Translations under genes and position numbers: made by a program
Shown here: piece by piece, positions 11,491 through 23,489 of the stretch
How the letters are laid out: every line of letters starts with the position of its first letter
Numbering within the stretch: position 1 is the first letter of the stretch
Notes under the pieces: generated by a model
Told to the model about the DNA's origin: nothing
Seen by the model: the letters and a program-made list of their open reading frames with translations, nothing else
Databases searched by the model: none
NCBI GenBank assembly: GCA_052327205.1
Contig: CM126224.1
Span: 64,604,001-64,668,000, forward strand
Length of the DNA: 64,000 bases
From: Somniosus microcephalus
Lineage: Eukaryota
Direction of reading: 5' to 3'

Positions 11491-12069
11491 AAAACATTCC
11501 CATTGTGAAGATCTCCATGCTCAGCCTCTCTGCCTGCTCCGAGGATTAAGCACAGTAGAGGTCCCTGTGTCTGATTCTGCTGCAGAGGTTGGGCCGAGGC
11601 TCAGTAGAACTCTCGAGGACATGTTTGACTCTCTTGTCCTGTCCCATGTCCTGTTTCAGTGGCTGGTGAAGCTCCCAGATCAGCAATTATTTCATTCAGT
11701 TCTCTGGCACCTCGTTGAACACAAAAGCAAAGTTCATGAAAAATGCCGGAAATATGAATTGTGAATGTTGTGTTCATTAGGATGTGCCGTACTCTTGCTT
11801 TCATTGCGGGTTTTTAGTGAGGAAGAGAAAAATCTGCGATGTGTTTAACTCAGTTGATGTGTCTGTCCCCACCCAAAGGCTCCTTGTGGTCTAGTTGGTG
11901 CCGTGCATCATCTACACAGCTGTCCTATGGCTGTCTGAATGTAGACACAAGCTTGTATTAAGGAGGCAAGAGAATCTGAAACCGAGCAATTCTGGGAGTT
12001 AAAACATGGTCTGTTAATGGGAGGTGACTGGTCTACACCCAGGATAGAGAACACTCGGAGGGACACTAA

Positions 12070-12810
12070 CACCAACAACAACTTGTATTTATATAGTGCC
12101 TTTAACGTAGTAAAACATCCTCAGGTGCTTACAGGAGCGTTATCAAACAAAATTTCATAGCAAGCCACATGAGATATTAGGGCAGATGTCCAAAAGGTTG
12201 GTCAAAGAGGTAGGTTTCATGGAGCATTTTCAAGGACAGGCAGTGAGGCGGAGAGCTTTCGGGAGGGAACTCCACATCTTGGGGCCTAGCACTTGAAAGT
12301 CTGATGATACAGAAACAGTAAGTGGCAGATAGTGAAATCTAAGACCCGGTTGACCTTTTACGGCAAGACTGAAATTGGTGTCAGACTGGGATCTGTACCA
12401 GGAGGCTGCTCGTCTGTAGAGATCTCCTGAAACCCACCGTGACGACAACAGCTTGTATTTATATAGCACCTTTAATGCAATAAAACGTCCCAAGGTGCTT
12501 CACAGGGGTGACACCGAGCCATACAAGGAGATGTTGGGGCAGGTGACCAGAAGCTTGGTCAAAGAAGTAGGTTTTACGGAGCATCTTAAAGGAGGAAAGA
12601 GAAGTAGCAAGGCGGAGAGATTTAGGGAGGGAATTCCAGAGCTTCGGGCTTTGGCAGCTGAAGGCACGGCCGTCAATGGTGGAGCGATTGAAATCAGGAA
12701 TGCTCAAGAGGCCACAATTAGAGGAGCGCAGAGATCTCCGGGTTGTGGGGCTGGAGGAGATTACAGAGATCTCCGGGTTGTGGGGCTGGAGGAGATTACA
12801 GAGATCGTGA
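12070..12810 (-). mobile_element. Two tandem L2-clade LINE 3' fragments (~12070-12300 and ~12445-12810)
   Basis: Both begin caaca(a/g)cttgtatttatatag..cctttaa; minus ORF GRAFSCQSPKLWNSLPKSLRLATSLSSFKMLRKTYFF is an L2 ORF2 C-terminus. A 35-bp tandem duplication lies at ~12730-12805. Confidence 0.85.
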
Positions 12811-13581
12811 CATTGCTCATTCTAGGTGAGCTTCACTGTGTTCACTGTGTAGTTCAGTTAACAGGAAAGGATTTTATGGCAACAAACATCATTAATCGTA
12901 AAACAAGAGAAGGCGGTTAAAGTTACTGTGAAGTTTTACATATTCATATTACAATAGGTTAAATATTCCAGTTCTGTACAGGGAACGATGTCCCTTCACC
13001 TCTGTTACACTCCAGCCCAGACAGCGAAGGTCAGCGCCTCCTCTCTCTGATGAGGGACTGGGCATCACAAGACCATGGCCTTTGACATCTTGGGCCTGGG
13101 CTTGAATCCTGTACGAAGCAGGGATGACGATCTCCTGATTCTGAGGAGCTGACGCAGCATGCTGGGGACTAGGCAAGCGTCAGTCCCAGACAGGACAGGT
13201 GAATGTCATCAGCGTAATGAGATTGGACAGTCCCAATCCAGTTCTCAATGGGCATCAGTCCATTGCACTAATTCCCATTGTTCACTGAGAGCGCCAAATA
13301 AACTCAACATGTGTTCCATTGGATAGAGAAGCCCAGTTATCAAAACATTTTAATTGGGCTGTGTGAACTTGGATGAAGATCTAACGCACCAATTGTGTGC
13401 ACATTCCTTCCTGACTGCCCGAGGCAACCTCGATATCCGTGTTGTTTAACAATGATGCTAAGGTTGGATTGCAGTGTTTGTTTGAGTCTCCCCTCCGGCG
13501 AGAACGTTCTTAATTGTGAGAGACTTTTTGGGCCAGAATGTCCCAGTGAGGACTAAGGATTTACAATCGATCTTGTTTCAG

Positions 13582-13670
13582 GATGCCATATTGTAGCTCC
13601 CTCAGATATGATGGATGGCAGAGTTGGATCGATAAAACAGGCTCTCATCTCCAATGATCTGGGAAGCAAG
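13582..13670 (+). CDS. ALAD: ALAD coding exon 6: (G)CHIVAPSDMMDGRVGSIKQALISNDLGSK
   Basis: tttcag acceptor, gtaaag donor, 89 nt; APSDMMDGR signature. Confidence 0.98.
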
Positions 13671-13924
13671 GTAAAGCTGCACTAGGTGGAGTCCAGTGGC
13701 ACAAGGTCTGAGCTGCGTATACACATCAGTTATCGGTTAGCTCTTACTCTGACGTTCCTCTGGAGGTGCAAATTCCAAATGCGGGGATTTATTTTTGTTG
13801 ATTTGTGGTGTTGGTTCTTCCAGTTCCAGCTCTCGTCTCCTCCTCCTGAACATGTTGATTCTTGCTGAGGTACAGTTATATGGCCCTTCAGTATGTCATT
13901 GAAGTGACCATGGATTCTCAAACT

Positions 13925-14180
13925 GTCCCCAGGTTATTAAACCATGGAGGCAACCACAGCCAAGCTGTACCTTGTTGACCATTGTTCACACCTGTACACG
14001 TTCCAGCAAAGCCAGGAGCTGATCAGAGACGCCAATTCTGGTCAATTTGCCCCCTTCCTAGCCCAGTGGCACTGAGCCCAGTGTTAGGGCCCTAACCACG
14101 GCTCCGGCTGAGAACACAGCTTGGCACAGGCCGAGGATCCAACCTGCGGCCTTCTGTTTTGTGTGCTTCATTACCACACC
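13925..14180 (-). mobile_element. Degenerate tRNA-derived SINE
   Basis: The minus strand reads gtgtggtaatg...gcaggttggatcctcggcctgtgccaagctg...ctcagtgccactgggctaggaagg, with a B-box-like head; a probable relative lies at ~26540-26790. Confidence 0.5.
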
Positions 14181-14645
14181 GATGGGGCAGGGGTGGTCAA
14201 TGGGGACGGGGGGTGTGGGCGATTGGGATACGAATTAGAAGCAGGAGTCGGCCCCTCGAGCCTGTTCCGCCATTCAATAAGATCATGGCTGATCTGATTA
14301 CTCCACATTCCCGCCTACCCCCGATAACCTTTCACCCCCTTGCTCATCAAGAATCTATCTACCTCTGCCTTAAAAATATTCAAAGACTGCATCCACCGCC
14401 CTCTGAGGAAGAGAGTTCCAAAGATTCACAACCCTCTGAGAAAAAATTCTCCTCATCTCTGTCTTAAATGGGCGACCCCTTATTTTTAAACAGTGACCCC
14501 TAGTTCTCGATTCTCCCACAAGAGGAAACATCCTCTCCACATCGACCCTGTCCAGACCTCCCAGGATCTTATGTTTCAATCAAGTCCCCTCTTACTCTTC
14601 TAAACTCCAGCAGACACAAGCCTAGCCTGTCCAACCTTTCCTCAA

Positions 14646-15287
14646 TGGTATGTTGGCCTTCGTAGCGAGAGGGTTCGAGTACAAGAACAAGGATGTCTTG
14701 CTGCAGTTGTACAGGGCCTTGGTGAGACCACACCTTGAGTATTGTGTGCAGTTTTGGTCGCCTTATCTGAGGAAGGATGTTCTTGCCATGGAGGGAGTGC
14801 AGCGAAGATTCACCAGGCTGATACCTGGGATGGCAGGAATGACGTATGAGGAGAGATTAGGTCGATTGGGCTTGTACTCGCTGGAGTTTGGAAGAATGAG
14901 AAGGGATCTCATTGCAACTTATAAAATTCTAACGGGACTAGACAGACTAGATGCAGGAAGGATGTTTCTGATGGCCGGGGAGTCCAGAACCAGGGGTCAC
15001 AGTCTCAGGATAAGGGGTAAGCCATTTAGGACAGAGATGAGGAGGAATTTCTTCACCCAGAGAGTGGTGAACCTGTGGAATTCTCTACCACAGAAGGCAG
15101 TTGAGGCCAATTCATTAAATATATTCAAGAAGGAGTTAGATATATTTCTTAAGGCTAAAGGGATCAAGGGATATGGGGAGAAGGCAGGGACAGGGTACTG
15201 AGTTTGGATGATCAGCCATGATCTCACTGAATGGCAGAGCAGGCTCGAAGGGCCAAATGGCCTACTCCTGCTCCTATCTTCTATGTT
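14646..15287 (+). mobile_element. CR1 LINE 'B', 5'-truncated, nested in CR1 A in the opposite orientation
   Basis: Uninterrupted 183-aa ORF2 C-terminus (14650-15201) and ttctatgttt tail; ctca occurs on both sides (candidate TSD). Confidence 0.93.
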
Positions 15288-16429
15288 TCTCATAAGACAA
15301 CCCGCCCATTCCAGGTATTAGTCTAGTAAACCTTCTCTGAACTGCTTCCAACGCATTTACATCCTTCCTTAAATAAGGAGACCAATACTGTACACAGTAC
15401 TCCAGATGTGGTCTCATCAATGCCCTGTATAACTGAAGCATAACCTCCCTACTTTTGTATTCAATTCCCCTCGCAATAAACGATAACAGTCTATTAGCTT
15501 TCCTAATTACTTGCTGTACCTGCACAGTAACCTGTTGCGATTCATGCACTAGGACACTCAGATCCCTCTGCATGTCCGAGCTCTGCAATCTCTCTCCATT
15601 TAGATAATATGCTTTTTTATTCTTCCTGCCAAAATGGACAACTTCACATTTTCCCCACATTATACTCCATTTGCCAGATCTTTGCCCACTCACTTAACCT
15701 ATCTTTATCCCTTTGTAGCCTCCTTATGTCCTCTTCACAATTTACTTTCCTACCTATCTTTGTGTCATCAGCAAATTTAGCAACCATACACCTTCGGTCC
15801 CTTCATCCAAGTCATTTATATAAATTGTAAAAAGTTGAGGCCTTAGCACTGATCCCTGTGGCACACCACTCATTACATCTCGCCAACCAGAAAATGACCC
15901 ACTTATGCCTACTCCCTGCTTCCTGTTAGCTAGCCAATCTTCTATCCATGCCAATATGTTACCCCCTACACCATGAGCTTTTATTTTCCGCAATAGCCTT
16001 TGATGTGGCATCTTATCAAATGCCTTCTGGAAATCTAAGTACAGTACATCCACCGGTTCCCCTTTATCCACAGCACATGCTACTTCCTCAAAGAACTCCC
16101 AATAAATTGGTTAAACATGATTTCTCTTGCACAAAACCATGTTGACTCTGCCTGATTACTTTGAACTTTTCTAAGTGCCGTGCTATAACGTCTTTAATAG
16201 TAGCTTCTAACATTTTCCCCATGACAGATGTTAAGCTAACTGGCCTGTAGTTTCCTGCTTTCTGTCTTCCTCCCTTTTTGAATAAAGGAGTTACATTCGC
16301 TATTTTCCAATCTAATGGAACCTTCCCCGAATCTAGGGATTTTTGGAAAATTAAAACCAACGCATCAACTATCTCACTAGCCACTTCTTTTAAGACCCTA
16401 GGATGAAGTCCATCAGGACCCGGGGACTT

Positions 16430-17660
16430 AGAGTCACAGAGTTATACAGCACAGAAAGAGGCCCTTCGGCCCATCGTGTCCGTGCCGGCCATCAAGCCCT
16501 GTCTATTCTAATCCCATTTTCCAGCACTTGGTCCGTAGCCTTGTATGCTATGGCATTTCAAGTGCTCATCTAAATGCTTCTTGAATGTTGTGAGGGTTCC
16601 TGCCTCTACCACCCTTTCAGGCAGTGAGTTTCAGATTCCAACCACCCTCTGGGTGAAAAAGCTTTTCCTCAAATCCCCTCTAAACCTCCTGCCCATTACC
16701 TTGAAACTATGCCCCCTGGTTATTGACCCCTCTACTAAGGGGAAAAGTTCCTTTCTATCTACGCCCCTCATAATTTTGGACATCTCAATCAGGTCCCCCC
16801 TCAGCCTTCTCTGCTCCAAGGAAAACAACCCCAGCCTGTCCAGTCTCTCTTCATAGCTGAAGCGCTCCAGCCCAGGTAACATCCTGGTGAATCTCCTCTG
16901 CACCCTCTCCAATGCAATCACATCCTTCTTATAGTGTGGCGACCAGAACTGCACTCAGTATTCCAGCTGTGGCCTAACTAGCGTTTTGTACAGCTCCATC
17001 ATGACCTCCCTGCTCTTATATTCTATGCCTCGGCTAATGAAGGCAAGTATCCCATATGTCTTTTTAACCAATTGGATCCCTGAAGGCAGCAGGACAGGTA
17101 GATATGTACATGCACACCAAGGTCCCTCTGATCCTCTATCCTTCCTAGGGTCCTACCATTCATTGTGTATTCCCTTGCCTTGTTAGTCCTCCCAAAATGT
17201 ATCACCTCACACTTTTCAGGGTTAAATTCCATTTGCCGCTGTTCTGCCCATCTAACCATCCTGTCTATATCATCCTGTAGCCTGAGGCTTCCCTCCTCGC
17301 TATTTACCACTCCACCAATTTTCGTGTCATCTGCAAACTTACTGATCATATCTCCTACATTCATATCTATATCATTAATGTACACTACAAACAGCAAAGG
17401 ACCCAGCATCGATCCCTGTGGTACACCACTAGACACAGGCTTCCAGTCACAAAAACAACCTTCGACCATCACCCTCTGCCTCCTGCCACTAAGCCAATTT
17501 TGGATCAAATGTGCCAAATTGCCCTGGATCCCATGGGCTCTTACCTTCTTGACCAGTCTCCCATGCGGGACTTTGTCAAAAGCCTTACTGAAGTCCATGT
17601 AGACTACATCAACTGCACTACCCTCATCCACACACCTAGTCGCCCCCTCGAAAAATTCAA
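16430..17660 (-). mobile_element. CR1 LINE 'C', 5'-truncated, nested in CR1 A
   Basis: RT ORF 17023-17631 (YMDFSKAFDKVPH, GVPQGSMLGP, KFADDTK); its own 3' UTR starts at ~16430. Confidence 0.92.
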
Positions 17661-17877
17661 TCAGTCCGCAGCTCCAACAATTTGCTCAGTTCCACTTCCC
17701 TGGCGATTATAATTTTCTTGAGTTCCTCCCTCCCTTCCATTTCCTGATTTACAGCTATTTCTGGGATGTTACTTGTATCCTCTACAGTGAAGACCGATGC
17801 AAAATACCTGTACAATTCAACTGCCATCTCCTTATTTTCCATTATTAATTCCCCAACCTCACTTTTTATAGGACGTA

Positions 17878-19780
17878 GGGAGGGGAGGTTTGAGAGGGGG
17901 GGGGTTTGAGCGGGGCGGGGGGGGTTTGTTGAGCGGGGCGGGGGGGGTTTGTTGAGCGGGGCGGGGGGGGTTGTTGAGCGGAGCGGGGGGGGTTGTTGAG
18001 CGGAGCGGGGGGGTTGAGCGGAGCGGGGGGGTTGAGCGGAGCGGAGCGGGGGGGTTGTTGAGCGGAGCGGGGGGGGTTGAGCGGAGCGGAGCGGGGGGGG
18101 TTGAGCGGAGCGGAGCGGGGGGGGTTGAGCGGAGCGGGGGTTGTTGAGCGGAGCGGGGGGGTTGTTGAGCGGAGCGGGGGGGTTGAGCGGAGCGGGGGGG
18201 TTGAGCGGAGCGGGGGGGTTGAGCGGAGCGGAGCGGGGGGGTTGAGCGGAGCGGGGGGGGTTGAGCGGAGCGGGGGGGTTTGAGCGGAGCGGGGGGGGGT
18301 TGTTGAGCGGAGCGGGGGGGCGGTTGTGGAGCGGGGGTGTTGAGCAGAGCGGGGGGGGGTTGTTGAGCGGAGCGGGGGGGTTGAGCGGAGCGGGGGGGTT
18401 GAGCGGAGCGGGGGGGTTTGAGCGGAGCGGGGGGGGTTGTTGAGCGGAGCGGGGGGGGTTGTTGAGCGGAGCGGGGGGGCGGTTGTGGAGCGGGGGGGGT
18501 TGTTGAGCGGAGCGGGAGGGGGGTTGTAGAGCGGGGGGGGTTGAGCGGAGCGGGGGGGTTGAGCGGAGCGGGGGGGTTGAGCGGAGCGGGGGGGTTGAGC
18601 GGAGCGGGGGGGCTGTGCGGAGCGGAGCGGGGGCGTTGTGGAGCGGAGCAGGGGGGTTGTTGAGCGGAGCGGAGCGGGGGGGTTGTTGAGCGGAGCGGAG
18701 CGGGGGGGTTGTTGAGCGGAGCGGAGCGGGGGGGTTGTTGAGCGGAGCGGAGCGGGGGGGTTGTGGAGCGGAGCGGAGCGGGGGGGTTGTGGAGCGGAGG
18801 GGTTGAGCGGAGCGGGGGGGCGGAGCGGAGCGGGGGGGCTGTGCGGAGCGGAGCGGGGGGGTTGTGGAGCGGAGCGGGGGGGTTGTTGAGCGGAGCGGAG
18901 CGGGGGGGGTTGTTGAGCGGAGCGGGGGGGTTTGAGCGGAGCGGGGGGGGGGTTGTTGAGCGGAGCGGGGGGGGTTGTTGAGCGGAGCGGGGGGGCGGTT
19001 GTGGAGCGGGGGGTGTTGTTGAGCAGAGCCGGGGGGGGGTTGTTGAGCGGAGCGGGAGGGGGGTTGTAGAGCGGGGGGGTTGAGCGGAGCGGGGGGGCTG
19101 TGCGGAGCGGAGCGGGGGGGCTGTGCGGAGCGGAGCGGGGGGGCTGTGCGGAGCGAAGCGGGGGGCTTGTGGAGCGGAGCGGGGGGGTTGTTGAGCGGAG
19201 CGGAGCGGGGGGGTTGTTGAGCGGAGCGGAGCGGGGGGGTTGTGGAGCGGAGCGGAGCGGGGGGGTTGTGGAGCGGAGGGGTTGAGCGGAGCGGGGGGGC
19301 GGAGCGGAGCGGGGGGGTTGTGGAGCGGAGCGGGGGGGTTGTTGAGCGGAGCGGAGCGGGGGGGGTTGTTGAGCGGAGCGGAGCGGGGGGGTTGTGCGGA
19401 GCGGAGCAGGGGGGTTGTGGAGCGGAGCGGGGGGGTTGTTGAGCGGAGCGGAGCGGGGGGGTTGTGGAGCGGAGCGGGGGGGTTGTTGAGCGGAGCGCAG
19501 GGGTTGATCGGGACGGGGGGAGTTTGATCTGATCAGAGGGGTTTGATCGTAGCGGGGGGGGGGGTTTGAGCGGGGCGGGGGGGTTTGAGCGGGGCGGGGG
19601 GGTTTGAGCGGGGGGGGTTTGAGCGGGGCGGGGGGGTTTGAGCGGGGCGGGGGGGGTTTGAGCGGAGCGGGGGGAGTTTGATCTGATCGGAGGGGTTTGA
19701 GCGGGGCGGGGCGGGTGTTTGAGCGGGGCGGGGGGGGGGTTTGAGCGGGGCGGGGGGGGGGGGTTTGAGCGGGGCGGGGG
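17878..19780 (+). repeat. G-rich irregular tandem repeat, (gagcg)1-3 G5-8 (tt/ttgtt/ttgtg)
   Basis: ~1.9 kb built from gagcggagcgggggggttgtt-like units; gagcggggcg variants at both ends. Confidence 0.95.
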
Positions 19781-19841
19781 CCAAAACTTAAAAACTGCGA
19801 ACTGTGGATCTTTAACACTGTTGTTTGATGTTTCTCTGTAG

Positions 19842-19897
19842 GTCTCATTGATGAGCTACAGTGCAAAGTTTGCTTCCTGTTTCTATGGACCTTTCCG
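19842..19897 (+). CDS. ALAD: ALAD coding exon 7: VSLMSYSAKFASCFYGPF(R), Schiff-base K199
   Basis: ctgtag acceptor, gtgagt donor, 56 nt. Confidence 0.98.
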
Positions 19898-20139
19898 GTG
19901 AGTTCCAACGGTTTGAATCTGTTTCACTGATTCTGGCTGTAACAGGATCGATGTGCGAAGTGTTTTAGCAATAAATGTGCTGCTTTCCACTGAACACTAA
20001 TCTCGGCTTCCCCTGTTAATACTGGAAGATGAGGAAAGTGGCTGTGGGTGGGTGTAGGGTGAGCCGTGGGTGGGTAGGTGTAGGGTGGGCCGTGGGTGGG
20101 TGGGCTGTGGGTGTGGGTCGGCGGGAGTTTAAATAAAGA

Positions 20140-20519
<380 letters not shown>

Positions 20520-20827
20520 TAAAGCAGTCAACACACGAGATGAGTTTCAAAGTTAGAGAAGTCCTGCTATCTCTGTGCCAGCAGTGCCAAGTTAACGCCA
20601 CTGGGAGCACCTTCACCACACAGACTGCAGCGGTGCGAGAACAAGCTCCCACTGCCACCTTCTCTGGACAAGCAGAGATGGGCAAGAATTAATTTTTAAA
20701 ATAGTATGTGTGGTTGTAGAGAGGGTTCTGGGGTGCAGGGTGTGTGGTTGTATCTGTGTTGGGGAAGTTTACAGTGTGAATTGTAGTTGTTTTCTGGATG
20801 TTTGCCAGGTTATATACATACAGATAG

Positions 20828-21345
20828 GTTGGGGTTCTGGACTGGGTACGCTGGGGTGGGGGTTCTGGACTGGGTACGTTGGGGTTGGGGTTCTGGACTG
20901 GGTACGTTGGGGTTGGGGTTCTGGACTGGGTACGCTGGGGTTGGGGTTCTGGACTGGGTACGCTGGGGTTGAGGTTCTGGACTGGGTATGCTGGGGTTCT
21001 GGACTGGGTACGCTGGGGTTGAGGTTCTGGACTGGGTACGCTGGGGTTCTGGACTGGGTACGCTGGGGTTGGGGTTCTGGACTGGGTACGTTGGGGTTGA
21101 GGTTCTGGACTGGGTACGCTGGGGTTGAGGTTCTGGACTGGGTATGCTGGGGTTCTGGACTGGGTACGCTGGGGTTGGGGTTGGGGTTCTGGACTGGGTA
21201 CGCTGGGGTTGGGGTTCTGGACTGGGTACGCTGGGGTTGGGGTTCTGGACTGGTTACGCTGGGGTTGAGGTTCTGGACTGGGTATGCTGGGGTTCTGGAC
21301 TGGGTACGCTGGGGTTGGGGTTGGGGTTCTGGACTGGGTACGTTG
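20828..21345 (+). repeat. 22/28/34-bp minisatellite, (ggggtt)1-3 ctggactgggtacgct
   Basis: Directly visible; about 18 units with variable GGGGTT copy number. Confidence 0.95.
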
Positions 21346-21640
21346 GTGTTGTGGTTTTGGACTGGCAACCTGGAGGTCATGAGTTTAAATCTCACCATGG
21401 CAAGTTGTGAAATTGAATTTAATAAATCTGGAAAAAGAATGAGCACAAATGTAGCCACGTTGTTCACTAATGAAGGAAATCTGCTGCCAGTCACTTCTAC
21501 ACAGTGACTCCTAATGCCCTCTGAAGTGAACAAACCACTCTGGTGTAAAAACAATTGCCAAAGGCCCACCACCATCTTTTGGGACAGCTAGGGGTGGGCA
21601 GTAATATACCATGCCAAGGTCTCCCGACAAGAACAAATAA
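21343..21640 (+). mobile_element. Degenerate tRNA-derived SINE with a LINE-derived tail
   Basis: Head gtggttttggactggcaacctggaggtcatgagtttaaatctcaccatggca; tail aaggcccaccaccatc...gctaggggtgggcagtaata resembles the 3' end of the LINE at 23490-24710. Confidence 0.65.
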
Positions 21641-21771
21641 ATTACAGGATCGATGTGCTGAGCTGTGGAAATGAGTGTGTAATGGTGTGCTGGTCAGAGC
21701 CAGCTGAGGGCTTTCCAGGATAGAGCGCAAGTGATGTTGTGTCCCGTCGTGTGATAAAGGAGAAGGTAACT

Positions 21772-21990
21772 GATTGTGGGCAGCGATCCATGGCTCGCTC
21801 GCTCACTCTCCCTCTCTCTGGTTATTGGGATTGTGGGCAGGGATCCATGGCTCTCTCTCGCTCTCTCTCTCTGGTTATTGGGATTGTGGGCCGCGGTCCA
21901 TGGCGCTCTCTCGCTCTCTCTCTGGTTATTGGGATTGTGGGCAGGGATCCATGGCTCGCTCGCTCTCTCTCTCTTACTGGGATTGTGCAC
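21772..21990 (+). repeat. ~50-58-bp tandem repeat x4 (gattgtgggcagggatccatggctc(g/t)ctc...ctggttattgg)
   Basis: Four visible copies with variable CT tracts. Confidence 0.85.
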
Positions 21991-22003
21991 AGTTGGGGCG
22001 TGA

Positions 22004-22204
<201 letters not shown>

Positions 22205-22209
22205 TAGCA

Positions 22210-22900
22210 AACTGGGTTTATAGGGTCTGGGACCCCTCGGCTGATGGTGGGCTGGGTTTATAGGGTCTGGGACCTCTCGGCTGATGGTGGGCTGGGTTTA
22301 TAGGGTCTGGGACTCCTCGGCTGATGGTGGGCTGGGTTTATAGGGTCTGGGACCCCTCTGCTGATGGTGGGCTGGGTTTATAGGGTCTGGGACCCCTCGG
22401 CTGATGGTGGGCTGGGTTTATAGGGTCTGGGACCTCTCGGCTGATGGTGGGCTGGGTTTATAGGGTCTGGGACCCCTCAGCTGACGGTGGGCTGGGTTTA
22501 TAGGGTCTGGGACCCCTCGGCTGATGGTGGGCTGGGTATATAGGGTCTGGGACTCCTCGGCTGATGGTGGGCTGGGTTTATAGGGTCTGGGACCTCTTGG
22601 CTGATGGTGGGCTGGGTTTATAGGGTCTGGGACCTCTCGGCTGATGGTGGGCTGGGTTTATAGGGTCTGGGACCCCTCAGCTGACGGTGGGCTGGGTTTA
22701 TAGGGTCTGGGACCCCTCGGCTGATGGTGGGCTAGGTTTATAGGGTCTGGGACCCCTCTGCTGATGGTGGGCTGGGTTTATAGGGTCTGGGACCCCTCGG
22801 CTGACGATGGGCTGGGTTTATAGGGTCTGGGACCTCTCGGCTGATGGTGGGCTGGGTTTATAGGGTCTGGGACCCCTCAGCTGACGATGGGATGGGGTTA
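22210..22900 (+). repeat. 40-bp minisatellite (~17 units), ctgatggtgggctgggtttatagggtctgggacccctcgg
   Basis: Exact 40-bp period; starts about 60 nt after the exon donor at 22147. Confidence 0.97.
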
Positions 22901-23489
22901 AAGAGTTTTTTTCTTCAGTAATTTTATTCCCTCTGCTCCTGAGGATACTGACTCATAGAATCACAGAAGGAGATCGTTTGGCTCATCGCACCTGTGCTGA
23001 GGAACTCAAACTGAGGCGTTGGTTCCACTGGCACCGACAACATCCATTACCTTATCCAAATGGCCTTTTTAATGCCTAAGTCACTCAATGCCTGCTCGAA
23101 GCTCTGCCTGCTGTACATAGTCTACATGAACGGCTGTATCTAATTAGTCCAGGGCTATCAGGCTCTGGAACGCCTCCCATCATTTGCCCCACTGATATCA
23201 TTAGCACGCTGCATGGCATAGGGCGGTGGGGAGAGCGAGTGTGTTAGTCCGGGGATGGGGGGCGATGGGGGAAGAGCTCATCTACAGAGGTGTTGCCCTC
23301 TTGGCTGTGGAACAGTGAATCCTGTTCTCATGGGTGTTATTGGAGCAGGTGGAGACTCTTGTATGGACATACTTTAATTTTGTTTGAGTGAGTTGTCATG
23401 TCCGCTCGCTGACAGCAGGAATGTCCCTGTCATAGTGAAGTGTCCCTCGGGGTTGTATTCGAAGTTTCCCACCTGCTGCTTTAATTTTT

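Larger units (their letters stand above)
14230..17873 (-). mobile_element. CR1 LINE 'A' (ORF2 RT to 3' UTR), split into 14230-14645, 15288-16429 and 17661-17873 by two younger CR1 insertions
   Basis: Minus ORFs give collinear ORF2 pieces: ENKEMAVELYRYFASVFTVED / NYRPVSLTS / YLDFQKAFD...GVPQGSVL / RPHLEYCVQYWSP / RVVNLWNSLPQ. Confidence 0.92.

Noticed and set aside
13195-13220. YADD-like motif on the minus strand (tacgctgatgacatt)
   Set aside because: Possibly an old RT relic, but too short and without supporting flanking motifs to annotate.
17866-19908. 680-aa Pro-rich ORF on the minus strand
   Set aside because: Translation of a C-rich low-complexity repeat that lacks stop codons; antisense to an ALAD intron and exon; no domain features.
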